Shown piece by piece: positions 11,076 through 22,562 of a stretch of 39,320 nt of DNA. The DNA is taken from contig CAJFCJ010000105.1 of NCBI GenBank assembly GCA_904063045.1, positions 1-39,320 on the forward strand, read 5' to 3'. Position 1 is the stretch's first letter. Each line of letters starts with the position of its first letter. A program made the translations under genes and the position numbers. The notes beneath the pieces are model-generated. The model was given only the letters and a program-made list of their open reading frames with translations. It ran no database searches and had not been told where the DNA came from. The stretch comes from Dimorphilus gyrociliatus. Taxonomy: Eukaryota; Animalia; Annelida.

Positions 11076-12561
11076 TTAACTAGTGGCGCCATCTCCCAAC
11101 AAATTATTAATGTCTTTAAGTTGATCTTCATTCAGATTGCAATTATCAAAATTTATAGTTTTTAAGGAGTTAGAAGATTTAAAGAGTCTGTTATAAATGT
11201 TTAAAAATCCATTATCTCCCATATCCGGATTAAATTCCATATAAATTCTCTCAATTTTTGAACAACCGTTCAATAATTGTCCAATAAGTACACTTTGATT
11301 CTCATTCAAATTACAAAATCCAAAAGCAATCTCTTTTAAAGTATTTGATGATTGAACTAATCCTTTGCAAATCGTTGATAATCCATTTCCCATTTCTTGA
11401 TTCCAACCCAGATTTATTGATTCTAGTTTGGAACAATTTTTCAATAAATTTCAAATACTTTTACATTGATCACCATTCAAATTGCATGAACAAAAATTGA
11501 TAGATTTTAATGATATTGATGATTGATGAAGATAATTGCTAAGATTTAATAAACTGTAGGCCATTTTGTCATTTTGCTTTAGATTAATTGTTTCTATATT
11601 CGAGGAGTTCTTTATTAAATTCCCTAAATGTTTGCATTGAAGACTGTTCAAGTTACAATCCACCTATTGACTTCTTGTAGGGTTTTTGAAGATTTTAAAA
11701 GTTGTTTCCAAGCATCAATGAGTATGCTTCCTAAATTTTTGTTTTCAGATAAATTGATACTTTGAACGTTGACACAACTCTTTAAATATTGCTTAAAAAT
11801 TTCCTTCTCGTATTCAGAGTTGCATTTCTTAGTAAAATCTATAAATAATGGATCGTCTCTTGGGAGATTGGGTCTATAATTTAAATTTTCAATTACATAA
11901 TCAATTTTGAAATCATCTAATATTATAATTTTTGGCATTTTGTCAAGAAATTCTTTTAAAGTATCAATTAGATTATCTTCCATAATATTCTCATTAAATT
12001 GATCCAAAAGATTTTCTCTGTAGGATCTAACATCATTAAAATCTCGAGAAATATTCTTAAAAATGTTGTTCAACTTTTCAGTGTAAAAACTATGAAGATT
12101 TTGTATTTGTTTTGAAATTTCTTCATTATTTCCTCTTTCTTCCTTAACACAAGATTTAATTAAATCATTTATATTTTCTTGTTTTGTCATTGACCTAATT
12201 TCGCAATAACAATGATCTTCTGTTAAACACTGTGTACATAGATTTTCAACATTATGAGTTTTACAATAAAGACTTGTTTCTTTTTGATGTTTTTCACATA
12301 ATTCATCATTCAGATATATTTTTTGAAATGATTGATAAAGAATATTTTTCTTTAATTATCAATTTCTCTTCTTGACAATTGAAAATTTTCTCTACAAACT
12401 GGACAGGTCATTACTGAATCATTTTTCACTAGTTTAATTAGACAATTAAGGCAAAATGTATGTTGACAAGGTAAGAATCTTGGATCCTTTTCAACCCATG
12501 GTTCTAAACAAATAGCACAAAGAAGATGCTCTTCTTTAATAAAATATCCACTGGCAGCCAT
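11076..12561 (-). pseudogene. TRIM-like RING - B-box2 - coiled-coil - RNI-type LRR gene
   Basis: RING CAIC..PCQHTFCLNC..CPVC; B-box CEKH-x7-CKTH-x5-CTQC-x4-HCYC at about 12200-12300, in frame with ORF 11648-12190; then 57-aa paired LRRs. Frameshifts near 12355 and 11665; TGA at 11451-11453. Confidence 0.85.
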
Positions 12562-12869
12562 ATTGTTTTCAATTTCTTATTTTTTATGCAGTAAAAACGT
12601 GACAATAATTTCCAAGTGTAGATGGCTTCACCAATATCACGTGATGATTAAAATGAAGATGCAATTTGTGTAGAATGTTCTTAAAAATGAGGAGAATCTC
12701 TAATCAAAGAATGAAAACACCATGTGTTGACCTACTTAATATGATTTTGTCTTAATCCTTATCTTGCTGTTATGCTGTTTATTTGTCTAGCCCTTTACAA
12801 TCGAATTTTGTACATTCTAAAATGTATTCTAATAATAAACATCTTTAGTTGACCTTGACCTCTAGTCTA

Positions 12870-13120
12870 AAGACTATTGGTAGCTTTATCTTGTAAGATT
12901 TCATCACATTTGCTCAGAATAATCCTGATTCTCTATTTATCAACACTTCAACATATAGAACATAGACCATCTGGAAAAGAAAGAGCTTAGTTTATATTAA
13001 AATCAATTTCGAGCTCCCCTGATAAAGAAACCCAATGGACTTTATGATGACAAAGTGAGCAAACACATTGCTTCAGCTTATTAATCTTTTTTTTTTACAT
13101 CCAAAACAATATGGTAGCAT
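12870..13120 (-). pseudogene. Degenerate PHD-type first exons of a Phantom transposase
   Basis: With a +1 A correction reads MLPYCFGC-x12-CSLC-x4-H..; second exon DGLCSIC..RIILSKCDE; Cys/His spacing identical to 29380 and 24835. Confidence 0.6.
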
Positions 13121-13713
13121 TGTGGCAAAAATCTCCTTTCAGCTTCTTTAACCTCGTGGTAAGAATTTAAAAAGTCCAAACTATTCAGTCTTTTAGGAAA
13201 TTTATATGCTCACTTGCATACATGCATTGCAGCATATATAGATATAATGAAATAATATAGTAGTTAGTAACTATATATTAACTATATATACTAACAACTA
13301 TATTATTTCATATAATGAAATAATATAGTAGTTAGTAATTATTGGGTGAAAATATGTTAAATTTTCCACCAGTTTCAGTAAGACAGAAAAATTCTACTTC
13401 CTTCTCTTACTCATTAGAGGTAATGTGAAAATTTATTATTTATTATTTTCAAAGCTATATTATTTTATTAATTTTTTAACACTACAAAGGAATTTTATAA
13501 TTAAAGGTTTATATAACATCCTAACCAAAAAATTGGTAATTTTAAGTTCATTTTTATCTTTTATTTTTATTTTTACATTGTAATGCTTGTGGTAATCTTA
13601 TTATCAACTTTTAAATATATATCATCCAATCATTCTGACTTTTCTTATCAATTTCACTCTAACAAATTATTATTTAGTAAGGTTTGAAAAAGAGTATTCA
13701 CAATCTTTCAATA

Positions 13714-14722
13714 ATGGAAAACTCATGCTATATCTGCAATGATCCCTTCATAGGCAGCCAAATTAAAGGCAAATGTTGTCTTTGTTTCAAAACATGCCAT
13801 ATCAAGTGCATTCAGGGTTTGTATTATTTATGCCTTTATAATAACAATAATTCAAATAATCCAGATCCAGTGTCAATTTCACCATTATGTTTGAGTTGTT
13901 TTCAAATTTCAAAAAGAAATTGTGTTGTAATCTTAAAGAGAATAGATGAAGAAAAAGAACAAAGCATAAATGAATCCAGAGAGGAATTGAGATTATCATT
14001 TTCTTTTGATAGTATAGAAAGCATTGCTGATTGTTTAATAGGAGTTCAAAGTTTTGTGAATGAGGAGGATATTATGTTCAGTAATGAAATTGAAATAATA
14101 CACTGACTACAGTCACTGGTGGAGAAATCTCCAAACACATAGATTTTGCCAGTAAGAGCAGTACATTAAAAGCAAAAGAAAAGCTACTACAACATGGATT
14201 TGCTCAGTTCGGAATAAATCTAACAAATGTTCTGCTACCATCATCCAAAGAGAAAAAAATTTTCATTGTGGAAGAAAAAACCATAACCACTCACCATTGA
14301 AAAATGCTGAACAGCAGATTGTCATTAGAAATGATATCAAAGAGAAATCTGCTAATGATATTAAATCATCAGGAAAAAGAATTGCTAAGGAAATTCTTTT
14401 GAAACATTCTCATGGAAAATGTAGTTTGCTCAATTGCAAAGAAGTAGCCAACTACAACAGGAGAAAAAATAGACCAGCTGAACCTGATGGTTTAAATTTT
14501 CAACTTGATTTAACTTGTGTGCCATTTGAATTTATGAAGAAAGATATTTATTCTGGCAATGAAAGAATATTAGTTTGTGCAAGTGATCATCAGTTAAAAC
14601 TCTTGTCTACTGCAAAGATATGGTACATGGATGGTACTTTCAAAATTGCAAAAGATCCATTTATTCAAATGTTTTCAATCCATGGCTTTTTAAAGAAAAA
14701 TGGAATATCTTTCAACTGCTGA
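13714..14722 (+). mobile_element. Truncated PHD-FLYWCH-MULE transposase
   Basis: CYIC-x12-CLC-x3-HIKC..CLSC finger; TWICSVRNKSNKCSA..HNH (FLYWCH) in frame with WYMDGTFKIAKDPF (first catalytic D); stop/frameshift near 14105; ends after IHGFLKK. Confidence 0.85.
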
Positions 14723-14859
14723 TCATTGTGTTAAAATGTTTAATTTTTCATCTTATTCTTATATTTTTAATCTATTCAATTCTATGGATTATAATTATCA
14801 GATACAATCAAAGGTACAGTGACAACATTGTAATTTCAAATAGAAATGATAAGAGTTCC

Positions 14860-15060
14860 AAATCTCATTCTGTAGAACAATAAATTTTGCATCCTTCAAT
14901 CAACAAAGCAACTGTTGAGAGTGATATTGCCATTCTTAAATTATAATCTCCTTTAGAATTTAATGAAAAAATCCAACCAATATGCTTGCCCAAATTGTTT
15001 GATGTTGAAAATAGTTTTGATTCTCAATACACAATTTTTAGCTTTGGATTAAGATCATTT
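14860..15060 (+). pseudogene. Trypsin-family (S1A) serine protease fragment
   Basis: SVEQ*ILHPSINKATVESDIAILKL*SPLEFNEKIQPICLP: Asp102 motif region with in-frame stops at 14881 and 14944. Confidence 0.8.
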
Positions 15061-15405
15061 TCTTCTGGTATTATCTCTTTGTTTAATGAAATTTTAATTC
15101 ACACTTCCAACAGTTTTTAAAGTTCATGTTGTGATTTCTATAAAAAGCTTCTATGAAAAGTGAAGAAAAGAAATATACCTTCTACTTTTTGTCAAAACAG
15201 GAAACGGAAATTGTAAAACAATGTATAAAATATACTTTTGAAATAAGGAAAACTCATATTAATTAGTCTGAAAATATTTTAAATCTTATAATAATTCTTT
15301 TACATATCTGAAATCACTATATTATATTACTTATTATATTTTTTATTAATTTTATATTTCTTTGTTTTTTCTTATTTATTGTATATAATTAGCAATTAAC
15401 TCAAA

Positions 15406-15457
15406 ATGCAACAAAGTAGGCTGAAATGTCCAAAGTGGGCCAAACTGTCACTGCACC
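15406..15457 (-). mobile_element. Orphan MULE terminus (GGTGCAGTGA type)
   Basis: Reverse complement GGTGCAGTGACAGTTTGGCCCACTTTGGACATTT matches the terminus and array at 31815-31935. Confidence 0.75.
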
Positions 15458-16955
15458 ATTTGAAAAAAGCTTCTTCAGAGTGTTTGATGACATTTGAAGT
15501 CCTTCACAAGTATTTAATAATCCATTTCTCATTGTTTTATTACATCCTAGCCAAATGTTTGCAGTATGGAACAATGTTTCTGCAAATCTCTAATCTGTTT
15601 ATGTTGTTCTTGATTTAAATCACACTGATTTAAATAAAGAGTCTTCAGAGTGTTTGATGACATTTGAAGTCCTTCACAAATTTTTAAAAACCCCTTTCCC
15701 ATATTACTATTCCCTGAAAGATTGATTGTTTCCAGTGTGGAACAATGTTTCAGCAAATTTCCAATCTCTTTAGCTTGTTCTTCATTTAAATCACAGTCAT
15801 TTAAATAAAGACTTTTAAGAGTGTTTGATGACATTTGAAGTACTTCACAAATATTTGAAAATTGATTTTCCATATTACTATTCTCTTCTAGAATGATTGT
15901 TTCAAGTATGGAACAATGTTTCAGCAAATTTGCAAACCCTACACTTTGTTCTTCATTTAAATCACATCGACCAAAACCAAGACTCGTCAGAGTCTTTGAT
16001 GACATTTGAAGTCCTTTACAAATATTAAATAAACCAATTCCCATTTTACTACTCCCTGATAAATTGATTGTTTCAAGTATGGAACAATGTTTCAGCAGAT
16101 TTGCAAACCCTACACCTTGTTCTTCATTTAAATCACATCGACCAAAACCAAGATTCATCAGAGTGTTTGATGACATTTGAAGTCCTTCACAAATATTAAA
16201 AAATCCAATTTCCATTTTACGACTTCCTGCTAAATTGATTGTTTTGAGTATGGAACAATGTTTAAGCAAATTTCCAAGCACTACACTTTTTCCTCTATTT
16301 AAATTACACCCATCTAAATGAAGACTTTTCAGAGTGGTTGATGACATTTGAAGTCCTTCACAAATATCTAAAAATCCAATTCCCATATTACTATTCCCTG
16401 ATAGATTGATTGTTTCCAGTGTGAAACAATGTTTTAGCAAATTTCCAATCTCTATACCTTGTTCTTCATTTAAATCACAGCCATGTAAATTAAGAGTCTT
16501 CAGAGTCTTTGATGACATTTGAAGTCCTTCACAAATATTTAAAAATCCATTTTTCATATTTCTACTCCATGCTAAATTGATTGCTTCCAGTATGGAAGAA
16601 TGTTTCAGCAAATTTCCAATCTCTTTACCTTGTTCTTCATTTAAATCACAGCCATGTAAATTAAGATTCTTCAAGGTGTTTGATGACATTTGAAGTCCAT
16701 TACAAAGTTTCAAAAATTGGTGTTCCTTTTTTATCTTCAATGATTGATGTTGACATTGCTTTGTATTGTTTTGTCAAGCTTCTGTTTGCATTGTGGACAG
16801 GAGAATTCAATATTGTCCTTTGGTAATTGTTGAATACTTTGAGAAAAATATGTATGTTGACAAGGCAGCATTTTTTGATCATTTCTCACCAACAATTCCA
16901 AGCATTTTGAACATTTAGTTTGTGTTTCATATGTTGTAGATCACTTGGCAGCCAT
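15458..16955 (-). pseudogene. RING-remnant plus tandem 57-aa LRR gene
   Basis: MAAK*..CSKC..LPCQHTYFSQS..CPQC (16955-16745) resembles the 12561 RING; frameshifted onto the 397-aa LRR ORF 15547-16740 with about seven 171-bp units; LRR continues frameshifted up to the TIR at 15457. Confidence 0.8.
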
Positions 16956-17867
16956 TTTGAAAACAGGACTTTTTTACTTTTGTTTTCTACAATTGTAGCT
17001 CTATCTTGTGTTTTTCTTCTGTGAAATTTCCTTACTTTTTTCAAACATATGAATAATAATTTATGATGTATTTTATTGTTATAGTTAGGAGTTATGAAAT
17101 TTTTTATATTTTTAGTTACTAGAGAAAATTTGTAAAAGGTATAACTAAAACATGGACAGCACTGTTTTATATAAAGAATATTTAATATTAATTAATCATT
17201 CATCTTGTTAACAAAATTAATTGCATAATATAACTCACACTCTCTAACCAGGAACAGTAAAATACAAAGAAACAATTTAAAACAAGCAACTCTTCAAAAC
17301 ACTATCAGGATATCTTTTCAGATTGAAATTGACACTATATCTTGATTTATTAGATTTGTTCATAATTGTATATAAAAATCAAAAATAGGCTGCTTTTTGA
17401 TATCTGCCATTCTATATGCAGATATCTATTTGAATTGCATCACAAGTAGTATATTCCACAGTATTTGATACAAAAAGAAAAATAATGATGGGAAAGACCA
17501 GAAATTCTTTCAATTACAATGCAATAAAGTACAAATGGAAAGGAATTCAGTGTTGATATTCCAATGTATTTTACACCTAATAGCGATCCATGGTCTTCTG
17601 CATCAGGGGATCCACATTTTCAACAAAAATTGTGGATTATCCCAATCAGATGACTAGATGATATAATATGTATTACACTTTACTATGATAGAAGTTATAT
17701 AATATGCAATATACTTATGAACTAAGTAATGTCCACCCTTTAAATAACAGCTATTAGGTAAATCTATTTAGAAGGGAGCTTTACTTTACATAAATCCCTA
17801 CTGTTTTGTACCAATCATCCTATTGTACAACTTTGGTTATATTTTACATGCTTGAACTCTATATGTT

Positions 17868-18487
17868 GTGAAAGCAAATCTTTTAGATTATTTAACTGGT
17901 CCTGCAAAGGATTTGGTGTTGGCTCTGGATGGAGAGCCTACTGTGGAGGAAATATGGAAAGCCCTCCATGACGAATTTGATCTGGATCCTTTGGAGTATC
18001 AAGAGAAATTGCTTAACTTAAAGCAAATGAATGGCGAAAGTGTGGTTCAGTTTGTTAATAGAGCAAAGAAATTGATAAAGAGGTTTTCTCCACCTAGACC
18101 AATGGAACCACAATTGCTTGCAACTATGAAAGAAATAAAACTGATGGAAGTTTTACAAAGAGGATTACAACAGGATATTCTACATTTAGTGTACACCTTA
18201 CATCCTAAATGTCAAACATTGGCAGAACTATATGAGGCTGCTAAGCAAGCAGAAACTTCATTAAAACTAACTCAAAGAAAACCGATCACAATGGTGTCAA
18301 AATTGGAAACTCAACAAAGAAAAGAGACCAAAAAGACCCAGGTAATCAGAAAAGATGCTTCTACAGAAACCCCAAATTTTTGGAATAGAAAGCATGTACC
18401 TGAGAACAAAAATGCCACTAAAGAAAGGTTTTCAAGCCAAAAATTCCAAAAGTATGCACCAACTCCAACAAACAGGTATTATAAGAA
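17868..18487 (+). mobile_element. Retrotransposon Gag (capsid) fragment
   Basis: YLTGPAK, LKQMNGESVVQFVNR (major-homology-region-like) and LQRGLQQDI; cut at 18488 by a MULE terminus. Confidence 0.75.
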
Positions 18488-20222
18488 GGGTACAGGAGAA
18501 AACGTCCACTGGAGAAAACGTCCACTATGAAACTTCAAAGTAAGATATAAGATATTTGATAGACGGAGTTTTTAGAGCAATTTGACAGGAAAAAATGAAT
18601 AATAAGAATTACAAATATTTAAATATTAATATATTGATTAAGTAAAAACAAGCATTATAACAAGAATGATTGACAACAGTGTAACAACATTAAAGAATAA
18701 AGGTATTTTAAACTGGTGAATAAATGTCAGAAGCTTTATTGAGTAAGTCCAGGGAGGTAATTGAGGCAATTTCAAATTGTTCCCATAAGCTGAATATTTT
18801 GCTCTGAATATTCTGATATGCTTTTCTTTGCTGTCTACAAATTTTCTTTTCACTCAGTAATTTTTTATATAGCTTTATCAGATCAGCTTCTCTTTTCAGT
18901 TCATCTAAAAGCAAATAGAATGCAGTGTTAGAGCAAAGATTCTTGTTAAGCCTGTGATGCCATCCTTCAAGATCATTATTTGTCCTTATAGCCTCACCAT
19001 AAACAGACCATACCTCTGGTTTATAAAATCCATTTATCCATTGTGTCTCAATGTACTCCAATAGAGACTTCCTTTCAATAGGACTTATTTCTTTAATAGT
19101 CTTAAATGTTGGTTCTATTAGATCAGAGGGCAGGAATGGTAATGCCATTAATTTCTTCATGATTCTATATTCAGCTTTTTTCTCCTTGACATCTTACATA
19201 ATCCTAATTCCTGGAAATAAATATGTCAGTTCTATCTAGACCTCGAATACTAAATTAAAGTATTACTTGAATCTTTCTGTATATTGCCTGTGTCCAGTGA
19301 AAAACACACCCTTTAATGTTTGCTTCAGGATAAGTGAATGATAGTGCTTTCCAAATAGCTTTTTCAAAGTCTACAACAACTTTTTTGGGGCTATGCCCCT
19401 TTGTTAAATCTTGTATTGTTAATTTAACAAATTACATTATTCAATTTAAAATGCAAAAAGGGTCTTTCACACATTTAAATGTGCCATCCATAAACCATAT
19501 TTTGCCTTTAGATAATAATTCAATTTGCTTTGTAGTTGAAAATATTAGTATTCTATCATTCTCTGTTTGTATATCCATTTGTAAAAAATCATCAGGAATA
19601 AAAGTTTTAGCCAAGTTGAAGTGAATACTTTGAGGTTCAGCTGGTCTAAACTTCTTTCTTGTCCAGTTTGCCAGTCTTGTACAATTATCTAGAGATGGAA
19701 TAACTTCACTAGAACTACAATGTTTCACCAGAACATCTTCAGCTAAACATTTTCCTGAACTACTGATATCTTTATTACAAGCATTTGTTTAGTTCATTCC
19801 TAATCATTATATTTATTTCCAAATCAGGTACTCTTTCATGAGAATGGGATAACTTTCCAGGATAAACACTGTTCCCATGCTGACTAACTGTTGCTGAACA
19901 TTTATTTCTTTTGTTCCTAACACTGCATATCCAGAATGTTGTCTTGTTTCTTTTTTCTTTAATATTGTAGCAGAAATTGTTGAAAAGTAGCAAATCTTTT
20001 CCTTTCTGGCTCATTCCCTTTAAGATTTTAAATGAATAACTTTCTTTCTCACAATCTGATTTTGGAGAAACTATAAATGAAACTTCCATCATATTATTTT
20101 GCTAAGCTGGAAGATCTTCAACTAAAACATTGTGTGATTCCATAATACTGCCATTTGTATCATTTCCACTTGAATTTCCACAATGATTTTCACAAACAAT
20201 AGTTTGCTCATTTCTATTATTT
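18488..20222 (-). mobile_element. Defective Phantom/MULE element (GGAGAAAACGTCCAC family)
   Basis: Terminus GGGTACAGGAGAAAACGTCCAC; FLYWCH 19775-20092, WFMDGTFK 19441-19728, VVDFEK..GCVFHW near 19300-19400, TNNDLEGWH 18708-19160; frameshift and internal deletion; 5' end cut by the next terminus. Confidence 0.85.
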
Positions 20223-20350
20223 GGGTGCAGGAGAAAACGTCCACAACTGAGGAGAAAACATCCGCAAGAGAAAACATCCACAGGAGAAAATGTCCACAAG
20301 AAAAAAACGTCCACAGGAGAAAACATCCACAACTGAGGAGAAAATGTCCA
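20223..20350 (+). repeat. Terminal repeat array of a second GGAGAAAACGTCCAC-family element
   Basis: GGGTGCAG terminus followed by about seven (G/A)AGAAAA(C/T)(G/A)TCCAC units. Confidence 0.85.
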
Positions 20351-20541
20351 TAGTGAAAGAGAATTTTTCTTTTTAAAACCTTTGGAGATTAAGATGGAAA
20401 GGAAAATTGAGAGAATAAATATATAATTTGTATTTATGATATTTTGATATGTTGAAAACAAAAACTAATAACTACAAAACAAACTGCAAAAAAATTATAA
20501 AAGACTAAGTTTATAACATGGTAACAAGCTAAATGAATGAG

Positions 20542-22562
20542 TTATGATGCAATATAAATGCTGGCTGCCTTCTCCAATAAATCTGATGCAGATATTAATC
20601 TGACCTCAAATTGCTCCCATAAGCCAAAGATCTGACTTTGAATTTTCTGATAAGGCTTTCTCTGTTGTCTACATATCTTTTTCTCACTTAATAATTTCTT
20701 GTACAATGTAATCAACTCTGCTTCTCTCTTTAATTCATCAATGATAACATATAATGAAGAATTGGCATGGATATTCCTGTTTAATCTATTGTGCCATCCT
20801 TCCAGGTCAATGTTGGTTCTGATTGCTTCACCATATATTGACCAGGTATGTGGTGGGTAATATAGCCACTGGTTCTTGATGTAATCAATAAATGGTCCTA
20901 AATGAGTTGAGGTTGTCTGTTCAATGTTTTTGAATGCATTTTCAATGATGTTTGATGGCAAAAATGGTAATGCCATTATTTTTTTCATTGCGTGGTAACA
21001 CTCTCCTTTTGCCTTATATTCACAAGAGTAGCCCAATTCCTAAAATTATTACATTTCTTAATTTTTTTGCAACAGATGATGATAAAAGTTACCTGAATTT
21101 TCCTATATACAGATTGGGTCCAGTGAAAGACACATCCTTTAATTATAACCTCAGGATAAACAGATGACAATGCTCTCCAGATACCTTTTTCAAAATCCAC
21201 CACAAATTTCATTGGGAAATGTTGATTGGTCAGCTCCTTTATGGACTTTTTTTTAAGAATTTTAATACTTAAAAAAATTGAAATTAAAAGTATGTATACC
21301 TGAAATAATTTCTTATAAGCTGTCTTTTTCTTCGATCCCATAAATGGAAACAGTAATGGAACTTGTTTCATTTCTCCATGTTTTTTGATGAACCCATGAA
21401 CTGTGAACAATTGGTAAAATGGGTCTCTGACACATTTAAATGTTCCATCCAAAAACCATATCTTTCCTTTAGACAGTAGTTCAATTTGTTTTGGAGTTGA
21501 AAAAATTATTATTATGTCATCTTTCATTTTAATATCTTTTACCAGAAACTCATCTGGTATAAATGATATTTCAAAATCACTTTCCATATTTTCATTAAAT
21601 GACAAATTTAGGTCAACCAATGAAGAATAATTTTTTAGTGTTTTTCCAACATATGTAATTTCTTCTTTAGTTAAATTGCATAATTTAAAATTAATTTCTT
21701 GTAAACTACCAGAAGACGATAGTAGTCTATTACAAACTTTGAAAAAACCAAGTTCCACATCTGTATTACATGATAAATTAATTCTGACTAATGAGGAGCA
21801 ATTTTCCAATACCTCTGCCAGATGACACGCTTCATTTTCACCTATTTTACAATTTGAAAAGTTAATTTCTCGTAATGTATTCTTTGATGATTTTAATATT
21901 CTACAAATGCTCTTAAATCCATCGCCTGTACCTTCATTGTATGATAAATTTACTTTTATCAAAGAGCAGCTGTTCTTCAAACTTTCTCCTAAATGTTTCA
22001 TTTCATTTGTATTTAAATTACATGATGCAAAATCAAGTTCTTGCAAAGTTTCAACAGAAGATTTTATTCCTTCAAAAATTCCTAAAAGTCCAACAGTTTC
22101 AATATTTGTATTTCCAGATATCTTAAATGTAGTTAGAGATAATAATTTCATTGTTTTTCCCAAATATTTCATCTCATTTTGTAGATTACATGATGTAAAA
22201 TCAATTGCTTGTAAACTACTGGCAGAAGATTTGAGCCCTTTGCAAATCTCCATTAAATTCTCTCCCATGTTTTCATTGTATGATAAATTTAATTTGACAA
22301 GAATGCAACATTCTCTTAAAGTCTCTCCTAAATGTTTTGCATTTTCTTTATTCAGGTCACATGACTCAAAACAAATATCTTGCAAAGTCTTAGCTGAATT
22401 TTTAAGTCCCTTGCAAATTTCTTGAAATCTTGAACTCACATTTTTATTGTAAGATAAATTAATTTTCACTAGAGAATGGCATTTTTCCAATTTCAATCCA
22501 AGTTGTTTTACTGAGTATGGGAAAAAACGTCCTTGGGAAAAAACGTCCCTGGGAAAAAACAT
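20542..22562 (-). CDS. Chimeric LRR - MULE transposase ORF (spliced: 22562-21300, 21245-21093, 21039-20542)
   Basis: About 11 RNI-type LRRs run in frame into FIPDEFL..WFLDGTFK; GT-AG introns of 54 and 53 bp at family-conserved positions; VVDFE, CVFH and TNIDLEGWH intact; nearest ATG (22562) lies inside the adjacent TIR. Confidence 0.75.

Noticed and set aside
11078-11096. TGGCGCC as a primer-binding site or CTCF site
   Set aside because: No adjacent LTR end and only a partial motif match
17530-17660. SASGDPHF motif suggesting a VWD/ITIH-type exon
   Set aside because: Single short motif in a 41-aa open stretch with no supporting exons identified
17822-17845. TGTACA followed by TGG as the LTR end and PBS of the gag element
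   Set aside because: Upstream sequence does not resemble the LTR family and the putative PBS is not tRNA-like
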